From positions 1-51,553 of the forward strand of contig JAIFLS010000029.1 in NCBI GenBank assembly GCA_020048935.1: a DNA stretch of 51,553 nucleotides, written 5' to 3'. The translations under genes were made by a program, and so were the position numbers. Source of the DNA: a bacterium. GTDB taxonomy: Bacteria; Verrucomicrobiota; Kiritimatiellia; UBA8416. The notes below the pieces were generated by a model. The model saw only the letters and a list, made by a program, of their open reading frames with translations. It searched no databases and was not told the DNA's origin. Of this stretch, positions 28,321-35,626 are shown piece by piece (the stretch's first letter is position 1; every line of letters starts with the position of its first letter).

Positions 28321-29346
28321 TTAGCAGCCTAGGTTCGCGTACAACTCGTGGGCGTTTTCCATGAACTTCACGAGCAGTGCAACGGTAGCATCGATGTCGT
28401 CGGCATGACAGAGCTGCACGGTTGAGTGCATGTAGCGAACGGGGGCACCAACAGTCGTCACGATGCACCCACCGGGGCATTGCTGGATGGCGGCGGCATC
28501 CGTTCCGCCCCCGATGTTGAGCTGATGCGGAATCTTGTATTTCTTGCACATCGCGAAGAGGCTCTTTACCAGCTTCGGGTGACCAATGGTGAGATTGTCG
28601 ATCATATAGATTCCGGTGCCTTTGCCGGGCTCACACAAGTTGTCACCGTCGTCATAGGCCCCTTTTGTCATGCTGCCGTCAATCGCAAGGGCCATGTCAG
28701 GCAGGATCCTGCCGGCTGCAGCACGGGCTCCCCGGAGCCCGACTTCCTCCTGGACCGAACTGACCGCGTAGACATCGACGTGAGTATCGCCCACCTGGCG
28801 CATGGCTTCGACGAGGCAATAGTTGCCGACACGGTTGTCAAAGTTTCGTCCCACCCACATCTTGCCGTTGAGGACCGATGCGTCCTCGTCGATCGTGATC
28901 GGCGATCCCAATGGAACCAGTGTTTCCAGCTTTTCCTTGGAGAATCCGGTGTCGATGCGGAGATCGTCGATTTTGGTGTCGGCATCTTTCGGTACGATGC
29001 ACCCACGTATCGGCTTCTTCGCGCCGGTGTGGATAAGCACACGCTGCGACTGTGCCATGACAGGGTTGACACCGCCGACCAGGCGAAACTTGATCATGCC
29101 CTTGCCGTCGATCCTGGCTACCATCATGGCCGGCTCGTCGGCATGGGCGGCGAGCATGACCTTGAGCGCCTGCGTTCCCTTGCTGGCTGCCTTGGCCTTT
29201 TTCAGTCCGATGAGATTTCCTAGCGGGTCGCGAGTTACGGTGTCGCAGCATGTCTCGAAGATCTCCGCCGCAATTTCCTGAACCGCATCTTCAAAACCGG
29301 GAATACCGGGGGCATTACAGATACTTTGGAATAGTTTGGGATTCAC
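28321..29346 (-). CDS. M42 family aminopeptidase (FrvX/CelM-like)
   Basis: LCNAPGIPGFEDAV.., MLAAHADEPAMMV..IDGKGMIKFRLVGGV, SVQEEVGLRGA, IAIDGS... I prefer the GTG at 29346, preceded by AAGGAG with 6 nt spacing; the track ORF extends to 29412. Confidence 0.85.
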   Translation of the reverse strand: MNPKLFQSICNAPGIPGFEDAVQEIAAEIFETCCDTVTRDPLGNLIGLKKAKAASKGTQALKVMLAAHADEPAMMVARIDGKGMIKFRLVGGVNPVMAQSQRVLIHTGAKKPIRGCIVPKDADTKIDDLRIDTGFSKEKLETLVPLGSPITIDEDASVLNGKMWVGRNFDNRVGNYCLVEAMRQVGDTHVDVYAVSSVQEEVGLRGARAAAGRILPDMALAIDGSMTKGAYDDGDNLCEPGKGTGIYMIDNLTIGHPKLVKSLFAMCKKYKIPHQLNIGGGTDAAAIQQCPGGCIVTTVGAPVRYMHSTVQLCHADDIDATVALLVKFMENAHELYANLGC

Positions 29347-29650
29347 GGAGTGCTCCTTTTGCTTTTGGTGTTCAGGGTTGTGTCTTTCTTTTGTGTCTTC
29401 ATCTAACAACAAAAGCGGGTGTCAGCGAAACCGCCTTCATGCGACAATCGCCTGTGCCGAATGCGGCAGGAGTGAGTATGGACGTAAAAGCGCCCGAGTT
29501 TCGCACTTCTAAAGGCATGGTTTGACAGAAGCCGGACCCGCTACGGCGGGCAAGCGAAAGCGCGGACGCGTTGCGGTATGCTTGCAATCGGATTACATGG
29601 CGGATAAACTTGCTCATACAGTGAAGTTTCGGATAATACAAAGGAACCCC

Positions 29651-30466
29651 ATGAGAATTGTGAGGCGATTGCTGGTTGTGCTGGTGTTGCTGCTACTGGT
29701 GCTGTTGCTGGGGGTTATCTTCCTGGGCGGACGGATGATCAAGACGGGGGTGAACCGTCTTGGCCCGCCGTTGCTGGGGGTGGCTGTCACGCTTGAAGAC
29801 GCCCATTTCCGTCCGTTGCGAGGGTATGTGCGGCTGGACGGTCTCGTGGTCGGCAATCCGGAGGGGTTCCAGACCGAAAGCCTGTTCGACATGCGGAAAC
29901 TTGAAGTCGATCTGGATGTGCGTTCCCTCTTCACGAAGACGATCCGTATTCGGCGGGTCCTGATTGAATCGCCGCAGATCACCTACGAGATGCGGCTGCG
30001 CCGCACCAATCTGGGGGCACTGATCGAGGGTATGGCATCCGGCGACGAGAAGACGGAGGTCGAGGATGATTCGAAGAAGCCGGGCAAGAACGTGGTGATC
30101 AAGGAGCTGAAGATCGTCGCGGCCCGTGCCCTTATCAGTACCCCCGGCATGGGCCGCATGGTGGTGCCGGTCCAGTTGGCGACGATCACGCTGAACGACC
30201 TTGGAGGAGAGGGGCAAAATACGGTCCAGATCACAGGGCAGGTGCTCAAGGCGGTCCTGGGTGCGGTCGGCAACGCGGCACTTGGCGTGGGTGGCCTGGC
30301 CGGTGCGGCGGCGGATGGGGCGAGCGCGGCTGTCGGTGTGGCGGCTGACGGGGCCAAGGCGGCTGCGGGTGCCGCTGGTGACGGGGTGCGCGCGGTCGGC
30401 AGCGGCATGGGGCGTATTCTTGGTTTTGGCAAGGATGAGATGCCTAAGCCAGAGGCTGCGGAATAG
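29651..30466 (+). CDS. AsmA-like / DUF748-like membrane-anchored protein with an Ala/Gly-rich C-terminal tail
   Basis: The ATG at 29651 follows aaggaa. TM segment LLVVLVLLLLVLLLGVIFL. The pattern ..VTLEDAHFRPLRGYVRLDGLVVGNPEGF..LEVDLDVRSLF..IRIRRVLIESPQITYE is typical of small AsmA-family proteins. Tentative. Confidence 0.55.
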   Translation: MRIVRRLLVVLVLLLLVLLLGVIFLGGRMIKTGVNRLGPPLLGVAVTLEDAHFRPLRGYVRLDGLVVGNPEGFQTESLFDMRKLEVDLDVRSLFTKTIRIRRVLIESPQITYEMRLRRTNLGALIEGMASGDEKTEVEDDSKKPGKNVVIKELKIVAARALISTPGMGRMVVPVQLATITLNDLGGEGQNTVQITGQVLKAVLGAVGNAALGVGGLAGAAADGASAAVGVAADGAKAAAGAAGDGVRAVGSGMGRILGFGKDEMPKPEAAE

Positions 30467-30591
30467 ACTGCCGCTGGTGGTCGCCAAGAATGCTTACAAG
30501 AATCCGTGTTTTGTTTGACAGGCGTGGTCGATCACCGGATAATGGCGCTTTTGCCAAATATCGGGATAGACGACATGAATGGAGTCATCAC

Positions 30592-31965
30592 ATGCTGATT
30601 TACGATAGAGTACTGGAATCGCCGCAGGATTTCTCATTTGTAATCGAGACGCTTGGACCCTGCACCGTGCAGTCGCCACTGGTCAACTGCGAGTTTATCG
30701 ATGATGCTGACCGTGTGCTGCTGACAGCGGATGCGCGGCGGATCGCGCAATACTGTGCGGCCGGGATTCAACCGCCCTCGTTTGAGCTTGCCGGTGCGCA
30801 CCGCAAGCTGTTCTTCAATCCCGCCTGGACCAAGGTCGCGATCACAACGGCTGGCGGATTGAGCCCGGGATTGAATGATGTAATCAAGGGGCTTGTCAAC
30901 ACCCTGTTTTTCGAGTATGGCGTACGCAGTATCTACGGTATCCGGTTCGGCTACCGCGGACTGCTGCCCGAGTATGGACATACCCCCATGATGCTGACCC
31001 CGGATATTGTCGATACGATACACGAGGACGGCGGTACCATCCTCGGGTCTTCCCGCGGGCATGGGGAGCGGGTGGGCGACCTGGTCGACTCGCTACAGCG
31101 GCAGAATATCAATATCTTCTTCTGCATCGGCGGCGACGGTACCCTGAGGGCGGCGGCCGACATCGCGGCGGAAGTGAAGCGCCGGGAATTGAAGATCGCG
31201 GTGGTAGGCGTGCCAAAGACGATCGACAACGACTTGAACTTTGTCGGGCGGACATTCGGATTCGAGACGGCGGTGTACCAGACGCACGAAATAATCACCT
31301 CGGCGCACATGGAGGCCAAGGGGGCCTTCAACGGGATCGGGCTGATCAAGCTGATGGGCCGCGACTCGGGATTTATCGCGGCGTTCGCCAGCCTGGCGAA
31401 TTCGGTGGTGAACTTCTGTCTCGTGCCTGAGGTTGATTTCGAGATCGACGGCAAGGGCGGTTTGATCGCGGCGGTCGAACGTCGGTTCTCCTCCGGCAAG
31501 GATCACTGTGTGATCGTCGTGGCCGAAGGTGCCGGGCAGGGGTTCATGAAAGGATTGCCTGAGCGGCGCGATGCTTCCGGCAACTTGCTCAAGCATGACA
31601 TCGGAGAGTATCTCCGCGACCGTCTGCACGCGCACTTCTCCCGTTCGCCATGGGATGGATCGGTCAAGTACTTTGATCCGAGTTACTCTATTCGCAGTGT
31701 TCCCGCGCAGGGGACGGATGCGATCCTGTGTCATTTGCTGGCCAAGAACGCGGTTCACGCCGCGATGGCGGGCAGGACGAGCTGTGTGGTCGGGCGTACC
31801 AACAACACCTATACGATCGCCCCGATCACGCTGGCGACAGTCGAGCGACAAAAGCTGAACCTGAAGGGGGACTTGTGGCGGGCGGTGCTGGATGCCACTC
31901 GGCAGAATGACTACTTCCGTGTGCCTGGCAATGGTGGTTCGACGGTATCTGTGCCGAAGGAATAG
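30592..31965 (+). CDS. pfk: 6-phosphofructokinase (long, probably ATP-dependent form)
   Basis: AITTAGGLSPGLNDVI, FCIGGDGTLR, VGVPKTIDNDL, MGRDSGFIA. I prefer the ATG at 30592; the track ORF starts at 30490. Confidence 0.85.
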   Translation: MLIYDRVLESPQDFSFVIETLGPCTVQSPLVNCEFIDDADRVLLTADARRIAQYCAAGIQPPSFELAGAHRKLFFNPAWTKVAITTAGGLSPGLNDVIKGLVNTLFFEYGVRSIYGIRFGYRGLLPEYGHTPMMLTPDIVDTIHEDGGTILGSSRGHGERVGDLVDSLQRQNINIFFCIGGDGTLRAAADIAAEVKRRELKIAVVGVPKTIDNDLNFVGRTFGFETAVYQTHEIITSAHMEAKGAFNGIGLIKLMGRDSGFIAAFASLANSVVNFCLVPEVDFEIDGKGGLIAAVERRFSSGKDHCVIVVAEGAGQGFMKGLPERRDASGNLLKHDIGEYLRDRLHAHFSRSPWDGSVKYFDPSYSIRSVPAQGTDAILCHLLAKNAVHAAMAGRTSCVVGRTNNTYTIAPITLATVERQKLNLKGDLWRAVLDATRQNDYFRVPGNGGSTVSVPKE

Positions 31966-32090
31966 GCCTGGATTTTGTTTTCACAAGGTGCTTGATTCGG
32001 TTTGACGGTTTTAGTAGTTTTTAGATGCAGGGGTTGGGCGTTGTGTCAAAACGTGCCTCGGGTAGTACCGGGGCTAAGCAGGAGGACGGT

Positions 32091-32678
32091 ATGAAGCGTA
32101 TGGCAGGGGTGGCAGTGTGTGCAGCGGCTCTGGTGATGGCTGCGGGCTGTGCGAAGACGAAGATCCAGAGCGAGAAATCGCCGTTCGACATCATCCAGGA
32201 GAAAGCGAATGCGATCACGGCGGCAGGCGGCCTTGCTGCGGTTGGCGTCGGAACGTCCAAGACGGTCCACCTGGCCCTGGATAAGGCGAAGACCCGTGGA
32301 CGCACGGAAGTGGCGCAAATCATGGAGACCAAGGTCGAATCGCTGAAGAAGGATTTCTCGGAAGAAGTCGGCACGGCTGATGGTTCCGAGCTTAATGAGC
32401 TGTTCTCGGCGGCGAGCAAGCAGATCGCCTCGCAGGTGCTGCGTGGCGCGGTTCCGAAAGATCTCAAGTACGACACGAAGGATGGCATGACCACGGCATG
32501 GGCGCTGATGGTTGTGGAACCGAGCGTGATCGCCGATGCGTTTGCCAACCAGGCCAACACGCAGCGCCACCTCTATACCCGTTTCCGCGCGTCTCAGGCG
32601 TTTGCGGATCTGGATGCCGAGGTCAAGAAGTTCGAGGAGTTCAAGCAGAAGGATGCGGGCATGGTCCTTGGCCAGTAA
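32091..32678 (+). CDS. Lipoprotein (LPP20-like, tentative)
   Basis: AGGAGGA RBS then the ATG at 32091. Lipobox LVMAAGC. Followed by a canonical terminator. Confidence 0.65.
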   Translation: MKRMAGVAVCAAALVMAAGCAKTKIQSEKSPFDIIQEKANAITAAGGLAAVGVGTSKTVHLALDKAKTRGRTEVAQIMETKVESLKKDFSEEVGTADGSELNELFSAASKQIASQVLRGAVPKDLKYDTKDGMTTAWALMVVEPSVIADAFANQANTQRHLYTRFRASQAFADLDAEVKKFEEFKQKDAGMVLGQ

Positions 32679-32703
32679 GGCGACTGTTTAACGCACACGG
32701 AAG

Positions 32704-32732
32704 CAGGCGGCTAATAAGCCGCCTGTTTTTTT
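32704..32732 (+). terminator. Rho-independent terminator
   Basis: caggcggc-taataa-gccgcctg (8-bp GC stem) followed by TTTTTTT (32726-32732), 26 nt after the lipoprotein stop. Confidence 0.85.
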
Positions 32733-32740
32733 GTGCCTAG

Positions 32741-32921
32741 CTATAGGGCGTGGTGATTTATTCCAAGAGCGGCACGGGAGGAACGCCGTCCTCGGCGTCC
32801 GCTGCGCATGAAAAGGTGCATGGCGAAGCCTTTCTTGAAAACAGCGTGGTTAGCCAGGCATTCGGACAGCGAGACGCTGTCCCTCCCGTTGTGTATCCAA
32901 ATAAATCAACACGCCCTATAG
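32741..32921 (+). repeat. MITE-like structured repeat, copy 1 (181 bp), with ~22-bp terminal inverted repeats
   Basis: TIRs are ctatagggcgtggtgatttatt and aataaatcaacacgccctatag. Internal hairpins are gacgccg-tcct-cggcgtc and ggacagcg-aga-cgctgtcc, with long-range pairing acgggagg / cctcccgt. It is ~90% identical by eye to the inverted copy at 50423-50665. Confidence 0.8.
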
Positions 32922-33674
32922 GCATGCCGCCAGCAGCAGGACCAGTGTCTCGCACAGTTCGCTGGCGGCACCGAGCGTGTCGCCTGTGATTCCGCCAAGA
33001 TTGCGTTTGCACGAATGGCCGAAGGCACGAGTGGCGACCAAGGCGATCAACGCCAGTGCCAGCGGATTCAGGCTGGATAGGCAGGCCAAGCCGATGCCCA
33101 GCGTCAAGGCCAGTGTCGCCAGCAAGGCCGTCAAACGATGCTCGCCGCTGGCCTGGTTGATGAAGGCGGCTCCCGTGCCGCCTTCGGGACGGGCATAAGG
33201 GAAGCAGGCGGCCAGATCGACCTGAGCGGTACGGGCAATGATACAGGCCAGGATGATCCAGGATGCCTCGCCGCGCCCGATCAGGGCCGTAATCGCCGCG
33301 AAGCGGGCCAGCAGCACGAGTATCAGCGCCACTGTACCGAAGGTGCCCAGCGAAGAATCCTTCATGATCTCGAGCCGCCGCTGCGGGGTCCAGCCGCCCC
33401 AGATGGCGTCGGCCCAGTCGGCCAGTCCGTCGAGATGCAGGCCGCGGGTCAGCAGGACCCCGGCGGTGACCACGGCGACGGCGGCGATGGATGGCGGGGT
33501 TCCCGGCAGGATCGTGATGATGATCTTCTGCGTGATCCAGAGCAATAGGCCGACCAAAGCACCGGTGACCGGGAACCAGGCCAGCGCGTCGACGGGCCTC
33601 TCCGCCTCACTGCCTGGTACGCGCAATATCGTCAGGGTTCGCAGGGCGGTCACGAGCGGTGGCGGCAGTTTCAT
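32916..33674 (-). CDS. cobS: Adenosylcobinamide-GDP ribazoletransferase (cobalamin synthase)
   Basis: LRTLTILRVPG, WFPVTGALVG, GLHLDGLADWADA, polytopic. Its TAG stop lies inside the terminal CTATAG of the repeat element. Confidence 0.85.
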   Translation of the reverse strand: MKLPPPLVTALRTLTILRVPGSEAERPVDALAWFPVTGALVGLLLWITQKIIITILPGTPPSIAAVAVVTAGVLLTRGLHLDGLADWADAIWGGWTPQRRLEIMKDSSLGTFGTVALILVLLARFAAITALIGRGEASWIILACIIARTAQVDLAACFPYARPEGGTGAAFINQASGEHRLTALLATLALTLGIGLACLSSLNPLALALIALVATRAFGHSCKRNLGGITGDTLGAASELCETLVLLLAACL

Positions 33675-34990
33675 CAGGCCTTCACGACATTCGGTGCGGG
33701 TGAGCAGACGCCGCGGGAGTCGACCACCAGCGGCAGGCGTTTCGCCAGCGCGTCGTGGTCGACGTTATCGTGTCCGGTCGAGATAATGGCGGCATCGAAG
33801 CGCTCGCTGCAGATGTCGTCCAGCGAGACGCTGGCGATACCGGCGAACTGTCCATGCTCGCGGCTTGGACGCACCACGGGGCAGAAGGGGTCGTAGTAGG
33901 ATACGTCGGCCCCCAGCTTGAGCAACTGCTCCCAGAGCACGTAGGTGGGACTTTCGCGGTCATCGTCGACATTCTTCTTGTAGGCCAGTCCCACGAGCAG
34001 GATGCGGCTGCCGCGCAGCGGTTTGCCAATCTCGTTCAGGGCGAGCATGGTACGCTGGACGACGTAGGCCGGCATGGCCGTGTTGACTTCACCCGCCAGT
34101 TCGATGAAGCGGGTGGAGATACCGTATTCCTTGGCTTTCCAGGTCAGGTAGAACGGATCGATCGGGATGCAGTGCCCGCCGAGCCCCGGTCCGGGGTAGA
34201 AGGGCATGAAGCCGAAAGGCTTTGTCGAGGCGGCGCGGACAACCTCCCACACGTCGATATCCATCTCGGTGAAGACGATCTTCAGCTCGTTGACCAGTGC
34301 GATATTGATGCAGCGGAAAATGTTCTCCATCAGCTTGGTCGCCTCGGCTGTGCGGCAGTTCGAGACTGGTACGGTCTTGCAGATGACCGCGTCATACAGT
34401 GCGCAGGCGACTTCCAGCGCATCCGCGTCGAAGCCGCCGACCACCTTCGGTATGGTGGAAGTTGAAAACTCCTTGTTGTTGGGATCCTCTCGTTCAGGCG
34501 AGAAGGCCACGAACAGGTCCTTGCCAGCCTTGAGACCGCTGCCCGCCTCTAGGATCGGGATCAGCACATCCTCGGTCGTGCCGGGGTAGGTGGTGGATTC
34601 GAGGGTGACAAGCTGGCCCTTGCGCAGGTGGGGGGCGATGCTGCGGGCGGTGTTCTCGATATAGCTCAGATCCGGGTCTCGATGACGGGTCAAAGGCGTC
34701 GGCACGCAGATCAGCAGGGCGTCGCACTCCCGGACGCGCGCGAAATCCGTCGTGACGAATGCCCTCGGGTTGTTGGTCAGAGCGGACTGGATGCGCGCGG
34801 GGGCGATATGCTTGATATAGGATTTACCCGCCTGGATTGAAACGGTCTTGCTTTCATCGATATCCAGGCCGGCGACATGGAAGCCAGCCTTGGCGAACTC
34901 GATCAGCAGGGGCAACCCGACATAGCCGAGTCCGACGACACCGACACGCGCCTCGCGACTCTTGATTCCGGCAAGCATTTTTTCTTTCAT
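33674..34990 (-). CDS. Nucleotide-sugar 6-dehydrogenase (UDP-GlcNAc/UDP-ManNAc dehydrogenase family, WbpA/WecC/TviB-like)
   Basis: VGVVGLGYVGLPLLIEFAKAGFHVAGLDID, GPGLGGHCIPIDP (catalytic Cys), GLAYKKNVDDDRESP. Its stop shares 1 nt with the cobS start (TGATG). Confidence 0.85.
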   Translation of the reverse strand: MKEKMLAGIKSREARVGVVGLGYVGLPLLIEFAKAGFHVAGLDIDESKTVSIQAGKSYIKHIAPARIQSALTNNPRAFVTTDFARVRECDALLICVPTPLTRHRDPDLSYIENTARSIAPHLRKGQLVTLESTTYPGTTEDVLIPILEAGSGLKAGKDLFVAFSPEREDPNNKEFSTSTIPKVVGGFDADALEVACALYDAVICKTVPVSNCRTAEATKLMENIFRCINIALVNELKIVFTEMDIDVWEVVRAASTKPFGFMPFYPGPGLGGHCIPIDPFYLTWKAKEYGISTRFIELAGEVNTAMPAYVVQRTMLALNEIGKPLRGSRILLVGLAYKKNVDDDRESPTYVLWEQLLKLGADVSYYDPFCPVVRPSREHGQFAGIASVSLDDICSERFDAAIISTGHDNVDHDALAKRLPLVVDSRGVCSPAPNVVKA

Positions 34991-35123
34991 ACGCAGCTTT
35001 TCTGTTGTTGGTGTTCACGAATTCGGACCAGTGAAACGAGGCAGGATTTCAACATTTGTTCGCGCTCAAGTCAAGCCACACTCGTGGCTTGAGGCGAGTG
35101 AGTCGGTCTGTTACGCTACTGGC

Positions 35124-35600
35124 ATGGCGATTGCAAAAGTCATATTCAACGGGATCAAGGGCGGGGTTGCCGTCGCGAAGCCATGGATTGGAGCCTTGAA
35201 CGATAAGGCGCTTGTGCTGGAGAAGGCCGGTTTCCTGTTCAAGGCGGGGGTTGATGGTGATCGGCTGCTGCTTGCCGTTGAACCGTGCCTGATCCAGGGG
35301 GAGCGACGTTATCATTTCAATATGCATCTGGCGCACGAGGATGCCTGCACGGTGATCGGCTCGGTGAATGCACAGGGGGAATTCACGATCCTGTTCCGTC
35401 CGGAAAGCCGCGAGCTGAGCGCTGATCAATGCGCTCGCTACCGTCAGGTCATTGGCGCGTTTGCCGGGCTGCTGCTCGGCGGCGGGTATGCTGGCGAGGG
35501 ACTGCTGGACGAGGTGACGCAGTCGCTGCTGAGGACGGTGGGATTCGACCCCGTCCCGTCCCGGTTGTCCGGGATACGTGATACCCGTCCATGCTTGTAG
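35124..35600 (+). CDS. Hypothetical protein
   Basis: The ORF has GC3-rich, coding-like codon usage and is divergent from the dehydrogenase gene. No recognisable motif. The start is chosen at the first internal ATG (MAIAKVIF). Confidence 0.45.
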   Translation: MAIAKVIFNGIKGGVAVAKPWIGALNDKALVLEKAGFLFKAGVDGDRLLLAVEPCLIQGERRYHFNMHLAHEDACTVIGSVNAQGEFTILFRPESRELSADQCARYRQVIGAFAGLLLGGGYAGEGLLDEVTQSLLRTVGFDPVPSRLSGIRDTRPCL

Positions 35601-35626
35601 TTGCCTTCGGTCCATAATCGTCTATC

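Noticed and set aside
32750-32989. A 79-aa ORF sharing a ~45-aa peptide (RVDLFGYTTGGTASRCPNA.LTTLFSRKASP.TFSCA.DAEDGVPP) with ORF 50317..50688, which superficially looks like a conserved small protein
   Set aside because: The similarity is due to the two inverted copies of the MITE-like DNA repeat. The ORFs run through hairpins and TIRs and have no RBS.
35068-35092. Hairpin tcaagccac-actc-gtggcttga upstream of 35124, considered as a B12 riboswitch or terminator for the cobS operon
   Set aside because: It is too short, has no conserved B12-box-like sequence visible, and has no U-tract on either strand.
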